Source: Candidatus Sungiibacteriota bacterium
GTDB lineage: Bacteria; Patescibacteriota; Minisyncoccia; Sungbacterales; SURF-37
DNA: 64,000 nucleotides
Reading direction: 5' to 3'
Assembly: GCA_016186145.1 (NCBI GenBank)
Contig: JACPMF010000002.1
Coordinates: 18,473-82,472, forward strand
Shown: piece by piece, positions 48,909 through 57,929 of the stretch
How the letters are laid out: each line of letters opens with the position of its first letter
Numbering within the stretch: the stretch's first letter is position 1
Translations under genes and position numbers: made by a program
Notes under the pieces: generated by a model
Databases searched by the model: none
What the model saw: only the letters and a program-made list of their open reading frames with translations
What the model was told of the DNA's origin: nothing

Positions 48909-50068
48909 ATGGACCCAAAAGACTCTTTATACATTAACAAATACTCATTTTGAGTTTTTGGCGACAAAGCAAGAACTTCTTCCTGCGCCCTCTCGGCCAT
49001 CTGTCTCATTTTCTGATTATTTTGTCTGGCCCATTTTAAAATACCGGCAAGCTTTTGGGCATCTTTTACCCCTATCACCCGCCCCGTTTCTCCATCCCTA
49101 ATTATGTCCCCCGCCACTCCAACATCGGTCATAACCACCGGACAGCCGGCGGCCGCAGCTTCAAGCACGGTACGGCCATAACCTTCAAAATTTGAAGTCA
49201 GAAGATAGATATCGGCGCCTTTATAGTATGAAACAAGATCGTCCTGCCAACCCTCAAAGCAGACTTTGTCCGCAAACCCTAAACTCGAAACTCTTCCGCC
49301 GGAGGCGGATCCGCCTTTGGCGGAAAACCCTAAACCATTACGTTCCGGGCCGTCTCCGACAATAACAAGGCCGCTTTTGGGAAATGACTTAACAAACTCC
49401 GAAAACGCCTCAAGCGCCATGCCGATATTTTTCTCACGCGTAAGTCGCGAAACCATTAGAATAATAAAATCAAATTGAGGATATTTGTTATGAAGATTAA
49501 AGCTTGGTCCTGCGTCAGCAATTCGTGCGCAGTCAACAAAGATAGGCAATACAGACAATGCTGAATGCTGAATGCTGAATGCTGAATTTAACGAATTAGC
49601 AATTCGTTTAGAAACAACTCGAAATTTGTCACCGCTGGGAATAATAAATCGCGCTAACCAATACCTCAATCGCTCTTTCCATGAATTTTTTCTGAAGCGC
49701 GGTGAGAAAAAATCTGCATGAATTTGAATATGAAGTTTTACACCAAGCGCTTTTTTCAAAAACCAACCGGCTATTCCGGTTTCTGCCGGATCTTGAACAC
49801 TCACCATTTTAATACCTCGCTCTTTAATAATCTTCTTGGCGATACGAAACGCATCAAACGGCCGCATAAAATAAAACCGCGAATTTGTAGGATAAAGAAA
49901 AAGAGGCATTGCGCGTTCCTGCTTGAATCCGCGGCCGGTATAAATAACCATATGATACTCCTCAAAAAGCCCGGCGTATTCGCGGATTCTTGCACCCGCA
50001 GGAGAATTCGGATCAAGCATGGAAATATCGGTCCCAATTATTAATATTTTCCCAGCACTTATTGACAT
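48905..50068 (-). CDS. GT4 glycosyltransferase carrying repeat-derived insertions
   Basis: SRL..EK, FEGYGRTVLEA. Confidence 0.88.
   Translation of the reverse strand: MSISAGKILIIGTDISMLDPNSPAGARIREYAGLFEEYHMVIYTGRGFKQERAMPLFLYPTNSRFYFMRPFDAFRIAKKIIKERGIKMVSVQDPAETGIAGWFLKKALGVKLHIQIHADFFSPRFRKNSWKERLRYWLARFIIPSGDKFRVVSKRIANSLNSAFSIQHSALSVLPIFVDCARIADAGPSFNLHNKYPQFDFIILMVSRLTREKNIGMALEAFSEFVKSFPKSGLVIVGDGPERNGLGFSAKGGSASGGRVSSLGFADKVCFEGWQDDLVSYYKGADIYLLTSNFEGYGRTVLEAAAAGCPVVMTDVGVAGDIIRDGETGRVIGVKDAQKLAGILKWARQNNQKMRQMAERAQEEVLALSPKTQNEYLLMYKESFGSI
49274..49338. repeat. AAACCCT 7-mer array interrupted by a 30-bp double hairpin (49295-49324), in frame
   Basis: TCCGCC-GGA-GGCGGA-TCCGCC-TTT-GGCGGA encodes SAKGGSASGG. 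Confidence 0.85.
49557..49587. repeat. (AATGCTG)4 perfect tandem inside the GT CDS
   Basis: Translated as part of NSAFSIQHSAL. Confidence 0.9.
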
Positions 50069-50090
50069 ATAAATTTATTTATGTTAAACT
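50062..50090 (+). promoter_or_regulatory. Sigma70 promoter (TTGACA-N17-TAAACT, extended TG)
   Basis: Upstream of GGAGG RBS and ATG 50134; the -35 overlaps the antisense GT start codon. Confidence 0.7.
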
Positions 50091-50133
50091 ATAAAAACAA
50101 GCAAAGTACTAAATTATGTGACCGGAGGTAAAA

Positions 50134-50565
50134 ATGCCTTACGAAGATGTGCCCTTTAAAAACAGTGATGAACTTATGCAAATCTATCGTGAGGTCATAC
50201 GGAATAAATTCATTGAAGTTAATGGCTTATTCTGGCCTATTTCGGCTCTTGTTACACCGACTAGCAACGGTCGCCACATAACTACTGACTTCGAAGCATT
50301 CGATGGATTCATGAGGGGCCTTCGGGCTGCGTGGATTCAGATTGTAAGTGAGGAAGAAACATTGGACCCGGAACCCGGCATAGAGAAGCTCCGAAAGGCC
50401 ACATTTATTGCTACGCCACCACGTCGAGAACCGCAGCGAATGGTTGTTGAGGAGTATGTAGCGATAGATGACAAAAACCCCATTGGTGTTAGCCGCGTCG
50501 ACATCGCAGTATATTCTGAAGGCAAAAGACCGGATCTTGAAAACCGACGCCGCATCGAACTGTAG
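50134..50565 (+). CDS. Hypothetical protein (tandem paralog A)
   Basis: GGAGG RBS; clearly similar to the next ORF. Confidence 0.75.
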   Translation: MPYEDVPFKNSDELMQIYREVIRNKFIEVNGLFWPISALVTPTSNGRHITTDFEAFDGFMRGLRAAWIQIVSEEETLDPEPGIEKLRKATFIATPPRREPQRMVVEEYVAIDDKNPIGVSRVDIAVYSEGKRPDLENRRRIEL

Positions 50566-50599
50566 CGCAGTCCAACCAACAAACCGAAAGGAGATGCCA

Positions 50600-50935
50600 A
50601 TGTCCTACAACCATACGACGGTTGAATTCGAGGCGTTCGACGCCTTCATCATGGCCCTCCGGACCTTCGGCATCAGGCCGAAAAAGGTAGAGAACCTCGA
50701 GGTGGCAGAGGGATTTACGGGGCGGAAGTTGCGTCGCACAACTTTCATGGCCCCCCGAAAGCGAAGCACAAGTGGATTCAATGCGAAGCAACTCGGTAAT
50801 ATGCAAATGTTGGTAGTCGAGGAATATCTTGCCGTTGACGACCACGACGACGATGGCATCAGCCGCGTCGCCATCGAGGTCTATCCGTACGGCCACCGAC
50901 CGAACCTTGAAGGTCGGTGCACAATCGCCGACTGA
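50600..50935 (+). CDS. Hypothetical protein (tandem paralog B)
   Basis: AAGGAG RBS; shares FEAFD.F...LR, VVEEY.A.DD, G.SRV.I.VY, RP.LE.R. Confidence 0.75.
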   Translation: MSYNHTTVEFEAFDAFIMALRTFGIRPKKVENLEVAEGFTGRKLRRTTFMAPRKRSTSGFNAKQLGNMQMLVVEEYLAVDDHDDDGISRVAIEVYPYGHRPNLEGRCTIAD

Positions 50936-50960
50936 TCATAAGCGCCACAAAGCGGCTCCT

Positions 50961-50990
50961 GCCGCGACCCACAGAGTCGCGGCGTTTTCT
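50961..50990 (+). terminator. Intrinsic terminator
   Basis: GCCGCGAC-N7-GTCGCGGC followed by a T-tract. Confidence 0.75.
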
Positions 50991-53309
50991 TTATGTTAGA
51001 CACCGCATGTCTAACACTTCTACTGTTTCTGCAAGCATTTTCTCTTTAGTAAACCGACTGGCAGTCGCGCGAGCTTGGGCAGAAAGCTGATCACGGAACG
51101 CCGAGTCGCCTAAAAATCTTCGCACCGCATCCACGATTCCTGCGTTGTCATTATATGATACCAAAATTCCGTTTTCGCCGTCTCTGACGATTTCTAGATT
51201 CCCGCCAACAGGAGTAGTAATCACCGGAATACCGGCTGCCATTGCCTCAAGAATGGTGTGCGAAAACCCCTCATACGCGGTATTCAATACAAAAACATCT
51301 GCCGCGGCAAGATACTTTAAGACCACCTCATGCGGCACACTACCGGCTATAAATACCACACATCCCAAACCAAATTTCTTAATTTCCAGTTTCAATTTTT
51401 CTTCATCAGGACCAGATCCAATAATGTAAAGTTTAAAATCGGGCAGATTCTTCCTTATAACTGCCGCGCTTTCAATAAGCGCGGAAAACCCTTTCCACGG
51501 CACAAGACGCCCGACAGATACTGCAATACTTCCGGATAAGCCAAGTTCCTGGCGCGCACCATCCTTTGTGATTTTTTCTGGTGGCGCATCAACGGCATTG
51601 TAAATAACAACTATTTTATCCTCTTCAACTCCCCAACAACAAACAATTCGTTTCAGATACTCGCTCGGCACGATAATCTTACCGGCCCTCCGCGCCACAA
51701 ATTTTTGAATTCTCCTCCTCAGCTCGGTAATAAAATCAAACTTTTCGTTTTGAAATTCATCGACATTTACAAATCTTGCCCCGCTATTTTGAGCTTTTTG
51801 CTGGTACTGTTCCCACGCATAATCGCCAACAACCTTAAGTATGAATTTTTTCTTCAGCAATTTTGCCGCAATGGCCGCCGGAAGCCCGACACTCACCGGA
51901 TCTTGCGCAAAGATAATATTGGCCCTCCGCGCCCTTGCAATAAGTTTCAAAAAATATACAAAATGGCGGATAACTTTTGGGAGATAGCGCACTGTTCCAA
52001 AACTTAAAACCTCAACTCGAAAACCGCGACTGGGTAATTCATCAACCAGCAACTTACTGTACGTCGCGGGGCCGCCGATATCAGGAGGAAAAATTCCGGT
52101 TGCGATGAGCAAATTAATTTTCTTAGCGCTTTCTGTGACGTATCTGAATACTTCTCCATATTTTTCCGCAATCGCGTCCCACTGAAAACGGGCTACTGCC
52201 GTTTTCTTTCCTTCCCCCTGTATTCGGCCTCGAAGTTCTTCGTTTTTAAAAAGCGTTTCCATTTTATCGGCGCAATCCTCCGCATCATCAATCCTAACCG
52301 CAAGGCCGGTCTTTCCGTCTTCCAAAAAATCGGGTATGCCGCCGGCCATTGTGCCTACAATCGGCAAACCAGCGGCCATGGCCTCAATAAATGAGTTTCC
52401 GAGGCCTTCGGAGCGCGAGGGACGCACAAAAACATCCGATATCTTGAGATATTTAGGAATGTCTTTATGCGAGATGTCGCCAAGGAAAATAACGCTATCC
52501 CCAACCCCATCTTTTCTAACAAGTGCTTTTAACGCTTCTTCTTCACCGCCGGAGCCGAGTACTAAAAATTTCACCTTGTAACCGCTTCGCGACAAAATGC
52601 CAATTGCCCTAATAGCAACATCAACCGCGTTTTTATGAACAAGACGGGAGGTAGTAATAACGACTTTTTCATCTGCGGCAATACCTAATTCTTTCCTAAG
52701 AGATCGTAATTCATCTTGCGGGAATTCTTTAGTAAATTCCGAGACATCCACACCGTTTGGTATCACCGCGCCCTCACCCTTATAACCGAATTCTTTACCG
52801 AGATTCAATAAAAAAGTGCTTATTGCGGTAAGATACGAGGTTCGACTTAATGCTTTACCCCATGAAAAACCGATAAGGCCGAACTTGGCTTTTTTTATAT
52901 GCCGAACGGGGTCTCCTTCCTGAAGCGTTAATACAACCGGAGTGGGTTTAGCGGGGCGGAAAATATTAATCAAATAAGGAATACCGGAAGCATACGTTGC
53001 CATAACAGCCCAAAAGAGAACGGGCTTTTCTTTTCGCAAGAAGCGCTTTACAACAAAAAAACCGAGAAACGGAATAAAAAACTTATCAAACCAAAAACCA
53101 AAGCCGATTCTTCGAATCGCTATGCCATCCTTCTCTTCGTACTTTGGCAAATCGATTCTGAAGCGTGACGTGAAAATAAAAAAACGAAACTCGTTATTGA
53201 GCCGCTCCACCACTTCCTGTATCGCTATTTCTGCCCCGCCGATAAAAGGGTCATAGGCAGTAGTAAAGACAAAAACTGCCGGCTTTTCACCCTGCTTTTC
53301 TTCTTTCAT
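50991..53309 (-). CDS. Double GT4-GT4 fusion glycosyltransferase
   Basis: Two complete modules: SEGLGNSFIEA and YEGFSHTILEA; the second begins IFPPDIGGPATY. Confidence 0.88.
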   Translation of the reverse strand: MKEEKQGEKPAVFVFTTAYDPFIGGAEIAIQEVVERLNNEFRFFIFTSRFRIDLPKYEEKDGIAIRRIGFGFWFDKFFIPFLGFFVVKRFLRKEKPVLFWAVMATYASGIPYLINIFRPAKPTPVVLTLQEGDPVRHIKKAKFGLIGFSWGKALSRTSYLTAISTFLLNLGKEFGYKGEGAVIPNGVDVSEFTKEFPQDELRSLRKELGIAADEKVVITTSRLVHKNAVDVAIRAIGILSRSGYKVKFLVLGSGGEEEALKALVRKDGVGDSVIFLGDISHKDIPKYLKISDVFVRPSRSEGLGNSFIEAMAAGLPIVGTMAGGIPDFLEDGKTGLAVRIDDAEDCADKMETLFKNEELRGRIQGEGKKTAVARFQWDAIAEKYGEVFRYVTESAKKINLLIATGIFPPDIGGPATYSKLLVDELPSRGFRVEVLSFGTVRYLPKVIRHFVYFLKLIARARRANIIFAQDPVSVGLPAAIAAKLLKKKFILKVVGDYAWEQYQQKAQNSGARFVNVDEFQNEKFDFITELRRRIQKFVARRAGKIIVPSEYLKRIVCCWGVEEDKIVVIYNAVDAPPEKITKDGARQELGLSGSIAVSVGRLVPWKGFSALIESAAVIRKNLPDFKLYIIGSGPDEEKLKLEIKKFGLGCVVFIAGSVPHEVVLKYLAAADVFVLNTAYEGFSHTILEAMAAGIPVITTPVGGNLEIVRDGENGILVSYNDNAGIVDAVRRFLGDSAFRDQLSAQARATASRFTKEKMLAETVEVLDMRCLT

Positions 53310-53352
53310 TCCTTATAATCTTACCACGCCGAACGCTACAAAGTATCAGCAA

Positions 53353-54870
53353 TCAAATCCGTAAAAACAAGAATCCGGCAGCGACAATAACGCCAATAGC
53401 CGCGGCAACGGCAAAAAACCAAAGCGGGGAAAAACCACCTGAAGCCAAAGGACTGGCCGCCTCTTTTAAAGAAGATGATTCCTGCTGATAGCCGGGTCCA
53501 ACGCCGTTACTGTCTTTATCGTCAATAACAGGAGCAACCAAAAGAGAGTCGCGCCCATCCACTGGAACATCGCTTTCGAGTGAAAGTTTACCTTGTCGGC
53601 CTTCGGCAGATACGCTTTCCGGTAAAACCACGGCGGTATTTGGCACCAAAACCGCGGGGCCGGGAACAATGTATACGCCGGGGGTCAACGATTTTGTTTT
53701 CACAAACTTTTGCCCCCCGCCTGACGCGCGCGTAAAACTCTCCTCCATAAGGAGGGGTTCTTTAAAATCACCGTAATCAATAATTTCCTCCAACGCATTC
53801 TTCAATACTATGTATGAACCGTTTTGAAAAAGGTTAGTAACGGCATTTGGAAAAACAAGGGCTGACTTCGGCTCAATGAACGTATCTTTTTGAATCACAA
53901 AAGCAGAATCGCCGCTTTCAAAACGAAACCCGCCGAGATCAAGCCGATAAGCAGTACCATTGTAAACTTCGAGAAAACCACGCTCGCCAGACTTTGCCTC
54001 GCTGATTATTATATTTGGGCTTACTACGGTGATTTTGATATAATCGGCGCCGGCATATTCACCGGAGGAAACATTCAGACTTGCAGTATAACTGCCTGGA
54101 AAATAATAAACATGCGATACGATTTTTCCTTCTTTTGTTGTGCCATCGCCGAAGTTCCAGGAAAATCTCGCCGAAATCAGCGGCTCACCGTTTATGCCGT
54201 CGGCACTTCCCCGAAACTCCACCAATGAGCCCTGAACCGCGGTGCGGTCTTTACCGGCATACGCTTTCAAAGATGGCAGTGGCGTCACGCCGGATGAAAC
54301 CGCGACCTCTTCCGATGGCAGATCTTGCGGCGAATCATCGGGCGGCGCGCTTTCACTATTCTCGTCTGAAGCATTTGCGGCGCGCGGAGTAGAGACGGCA
54401 GTAATCCACCCCGAAGATACGCGCTGCATAGTTTCTTTGGTAGTATTATCACCTGCAGGCCAGCCGGCGGATGCGTCAACTTGATCGACTGCTGCTCCGA
54501 TGTCATTTTTGAGTATCAACACCTCGCCGCTATTCGAAAGCGCGCCGGTATAAATACAGTCTGCCGCAACATTCGGCACGGTGTCGTCATTTGTTCTTTC
54601 CAATAAAAAATATCCGCCTGCCGACAGAACGGTATTCGCGCATTTATCCGAATTGATAGTAAGGCCGTATTCGCCGCCTCGCCACTCAAGGCGCCAGCCG
54701 GAAAGGTCAACCGGCGAACCCGCATCATTCTTCAACTCAACCCATTCATCGGCCGTAGAAACACCTGTTCCCATCCATGCGACCTCGCTAATCACCACCG
54801 AAGCCAATGCCGATTGGGCCAAAGCCAACACCGCCAGCGCCAATAAAACATAAAGCCATGCACTCCGCAT
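53353..54870 (-). CDS. Surface protein: signal peptide, lamin-tail domain, PKD domain, C-terminal TM anchor
   Basis: ISEVAWMG..DEWVEL.N..VDLSGW; WNFGDG..H.Y..PG.Y. Confidence 0.85.
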   Translation of the reverse strand: MRSAWLYVLLALAVLALAQSALASVVISEVAWMGTGVSTADEWVELKNDAGSPVDLSGWRLEWRGGEYGLTINSDKCANTVLSAGGYFLLERTNDDTVPNVAADCIYTGALSNSGEVLILKNDIGAAVDQVDASAGWPAGDNTTKETMQRVSSGWITAVSTPRAANASDENSESAPPDDSPQDLPSEEVAVSSGVTPLPSLKAYAGKDRTAVQGSLVEFRGSADGINGEPLISARFSWNFGDGTTKEGKIVSHVYYFPGSYTASLNVSSGEYAGADYIKITVVSPNIIISEAKSGERGFLEVYNGTAYRLDLGGFRFESGDSAFVIQKDTFIEPKSALVFPNAVTNLFQNGSYIVLKNALEEIIDYGDFKEPLLMEESFTRASGGGQKFVKTKSLTPGVYIVPGPAVLVPNTAVVLPESVSAEGRQGKLSLESDVPVDGRDSLLVAPVIDDKDSNGVGPGYQQESSSLKEAASPLASGGFSPLWFFAVAAAIGVIVAAGFLFLRI

Positions 54871-54906
54871 GGCTTTATTCGTAGCCGAGTTGTAGAAACT
54901 CGTCAA

Positions 54907-55026
54907 TCCCACACATAACTGGACATGTTTTTGTTTTCAGTCACGAAAGAATTGGTAGCGATTTGTCAGACTAAAAAGTATGTTATGATTTAAAACACGG
55001 GACATTATGTCAAGTTATGTGTGGGA
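54907..55026. mobile_element. 120-bp non-coding CCCACACATAACT TIR element in a divergent promoter region
   Basis: TIR TCCCACACATAACT(G/T)GACAT 19/20; TCAA at 54903-06 and 55027-30. Confidence 0.85.
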
Positions 55027-55070
55027 TCAATTGACCGTCTCGCAATAAACCAAGTAAGATATAAACGTAT

Positions 55071-55943
55071 ATGAAACCGATCACGATAAGCATCGTTACG
55101 CCGACATATAATCAAGCTCGATTTATTGGTCAGACTGTTGAGAGCATTCTTTCCCAAGAGGGCGATTTTTATATTGACTATATTATTGTTAACGACGGTT
55201 CAACGGACAATACGCTTGAGGTCATTGAAAAATACGACAAACTCATGAAAACCGGCAAGTACCCGATAAAATGCAAAGAAATTTCTTACCGATACTGGAC
55301 AAGGCCTAATGGCGGGCAAACAAGTGCCATTAACGAAGGGCTGAAGGCCGCAAAGGGCTCGGTCTTGGCATGGATGAACTCCGACGACTATTACATGCCC
55401 GGGGTTTTTGAAAAAGTGGCAAAGGTTTTTACGGATGACGCGGAACTTGATTTCCTCTACGGAGATTCTTTGAAAATTTTTGAGGATGGCAGACCGCCAA
55501 AGGCCGAACCGAAACCAAGACCGGATGAAACTTTTGAAAGCTTAAGAACACGCGGCAATTCATTCGGATTCAATTTTTTCAGCAAAAAAATAATTGACAA
55601 GGTTGGCTACCTTGACGAATCTTTTCGCTACTGCATGGATTTGGAGCTTTGGCACAGGATTTTTCAATCCGGAAAAGTAAAATACATCCCGGGAACAATC
55701 GGCGCGTTCCGCGTATGGGAAGGCTCAAAAACAACGACGCAACAAAAAAAATTCGCCGAAGAGCGTCGAATAATTGCCGAACGCTACGGCGGCAACATTA
55801 TTTCCCCGCATAGTATATATGCTCTGCGCTCAAGGGCAGCTTTCACCTTAAATGCTTTTCAAAGAAAAACGCCACACCTGTACGAAACATGCAAAAAAGC
55901 ATTATACGCGGCCGTTGACCGACTAAAATATACCGTTAAATAG
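55071..55943 (+). CDS. GT2 glycosyltransferase
   Basis: SIVTPTYNQ, NDGSTD, WMNSDD. Confidence 0.9.
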   Translation: MKPITISIVTPTYNQARFIGQTVESILSQEGDFYIDYIIVNDGSTDNTLEVIEKYDKLMKTGKYPIKCKEISYRYWTRPNGGQTSAINEGLKAAKGSVLAWMNSDDYYMPGVFEKVAKVFTDDAELDFLYGDSLKIFEDGRPPKAEPKPRPDETFESLRTRGNSFGFNFFSKKIIDKVGYLDESFRYCMDLELWHRIFQSGKVKYIPGTIGAFRVWEGSKTTTQQKKFAEERRIIAERYGGNIISPHSIYALRSRAAFTLNAFQRKTPHLYETCKKALYAAVDRLKYTVK

Positions 55944-55950
55944 CGTTACT

Positions 55951-56778
55951 ATGAACACCACAAATATCATGCGACGAGCCATTTTAAAAATGCGAAGAGC
56001 CTGTGGCCTAACAAATGTAACGACCTACTTTGACGGCATCCGCTACCGCTTGGGCCTTAACGAATACATTGATTCTGAAATCTATCTTCAAGGGTTTTTT
56101 GAAGAAGATACTACTTATGCCTTGCGGAAACTTGTCAGGCCGGGTATGACGATTTTTGACATAGGCGCGAATTCCGGATGCCATACCATGCGAATGGCAA
56201 AACTCACAGGTGAGACAGGAACAGTTGTCGCCTTTGAACCCGTGTCGTGGGCACAGGAAAAACTGGAAATAAATATGGCTCTCAATAATTTTGGCAACAT
56301 AGTATTAGAAAAAATGGGGCTTTCGGACAAGCCAGCAAAAAATGTTGAAGTAGAAATTGCGGCAAGCTGGCCGGTACGGACTCATAATGCCCCCCCCCCC
56401 AACCGGCTTCACCCTATTCACAAAGGAAAATTGATTAAAGCGCAAATTGATTTTTCAACAATGGATAACTATGTTAATTCGCGTAAAGTTGAAAAAGTTG
56501 ACCTGATCAAAATAGACACGGACGGTTATGAACTGCGGGTTCTCCACGGAGGCGCGAGAACGTTAAAACAATTCACGCCAATCCTTATCGTGGAGATGGA
56601 CCAGAACACGCTCAAAGAAAAAGGCGATACTCTTAAGGATTTGGTTTCATTTCTTGAAAGGTTTGGGTATAAATTCTACTCTGTTGAAAATGGATTTCGC
56701 AACTTAAACAAAGCAGATATACTCTCTTCAAAACCCGGTAAAACCAGATCGGCAAATATAGTGGCGCTGGCGGGCTAA
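55951..56778 (+). CDS. FkbM family methyltransferase (contains a C11 tract)
   Basis: DIGANSG, AFEP, IKIDTDGYE. Confidence 0.88.
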   Translation: MNTTNIMRRAILKMRRACGLTNVTTYFDGIRYRLGLNEYIDSEIYLQGFFEEDTTYALRKLVRPGMTIFDIGANSGCHTMRMAKLTGETGTVVAFEPVSWAQEKLEINMALNNFGNIVLEKMGLSDKPAKNVEVEIAASWPVRTHNAPPPNRLHPIHKGKLIKAQIDFSTMDNYVNSRKVEKVDLIKIDTDGYELRVLHGGARTLKQFTPILIVEMDQNTLKEKGDTLKDLVSFLERFGYKFYSVENGFRNLNKADILSSKPGKTRSANIVALAG

Positions 56779-56784
56779 AACATC

Positions 56785-57918
56785 TTAATTTTTAAGCCAA
56801 ACTTTCCGGTTAACATAATCGGTATAGCTTAAAATTATTCTCACTACTTTTTCCGAAACATTAGGAACGGCATAATCGTTCGCTAAACGAACCGTCCGCT
56901 CACTACCGCGACCCTGCCTAGCGACAAGGGCAACGGCCTGACAAACTCGTTCAGGATTCAAACCGGACATAACAGTTGATGCCTCATCCATTGCCTCCGG
57001 GCGCTCGTGCGCCTCACGGATATTCACTGCCGGAAAGTTGAGAATAGACGCCTCTTCATTAATGGTGCCGCTGTCAGAAAGAACACAAAATGCGTTTTTT
57101 TGAAGCTTGAGATAGTCAAAAAAACCAAGCGGTTTTGACATTAAAACTTCGGGGGGAAAGACAACGCCGCCTTCTCCAATCCGTTTTCTAGTTCTCGGAT
57201 GAACAGAAAAGACTATTCTCTTTTTGTATTCTTGAGAGAGAACCCCAATTGTATCTACCAGCCTCTTAAAATTTTCCTCACTATCTATATTCTCTTCGCG
57301 GTGTGCGCTTAATATCAAGTATCCCATCGGATTCAAATCAAGCTCTTCCAAAATTTTTGAAGATTCTATACCGCTCAAATTCGCCTGAATCACTTCAAAC
57401 ATCGGTGAGCCGGTCTTGATAATCCTCTCCGGCGATAGGCCTTCACGAAGAAGATTTTGACGCGCCATATCGCTATACACAAGATTCACATCGCTGATAT
57501 GATCAATAATCTTTCGGTTAGCCTCTTCGGGAACGCGCTCGTCAAAACATCTGTTGCCGGCCTCCATGTGAAATATAGGGATTTTCCTGCGCTTTGCCGC
57601 GTATGCCGCAAGACAACTATTAGTGTCGCCCAAAACCAAAAAAGCATCTGGTTTCTCCTTGGCAAGAATCGGGTCTATTTTACGAATAATATCCCCTACC
57701 GATTCGGCTGGCGTTAAACCAGCGATATCAAGAATATGATCGGGCTTTCTTAAACCGAGGTCTTTAAAAAATATCCCATTCAGCTCGTAATCGTAATTCT
57801 GGCCGGTATGAACCAGAATATGATCAACATATCTGTCCAGTTCTTTGATGGTTTCAGAAAGCCGGATAATTTCCGGCCGCGTGCCAACAACAGTGAGAAT
57901 TTTAAGTTTTTTATTCAT
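56785..57918 (-). CDS. fnlC: UDP-2-acetamido-2,6-dideoxy-L-talose 2-epimerase (FnlC/WbjD/CapG)
   Basis: GTRPEIIRL, HTGQNYDYEL, HMEAGNRCFD. Confidence 0.85.
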   Translation of the reverse strand: MNKKLKILTVVGTRPEIIRLSETIKELDRYVDHILVHTGQNYDYELNGIFFKDLGLRKPDHILDIAGLTPAESVGDIIRKIDPILAKEKPDAFLVLGDTNSCLAAYAAKRRKIPIFHMEAGNRCFDERVPEEANRKIIDHISDVNLVYSDMARQNLLREGLSPERIIKTGSPMFEVIQANLSGIESSKILEELDLNPMGYLILSAHREENIDSEENFKRLVDTIGVLSQEYKKRIVFSVHPRTRKRIGEGGVVFPPEVLMSKPLGFFDYLKLQKNAFCVLSDSGTINEEASILNFPAVNIREAHERPEAMDEASTVMSGLNPERVCQAVALVARQGRGSERTVRLANDYAVPNVSEKVVRIILSYTDYVNRKVWLKN

Positions 57919-57929
57919 TGTAAAGAGTT

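Noticed and set aside
50062-50089. Chromosomal dif site
   Set aside because: Fully explained as a TTGACA-N17-TAAACT promoter overlapping a start codon; kept only as a side note in a finding.
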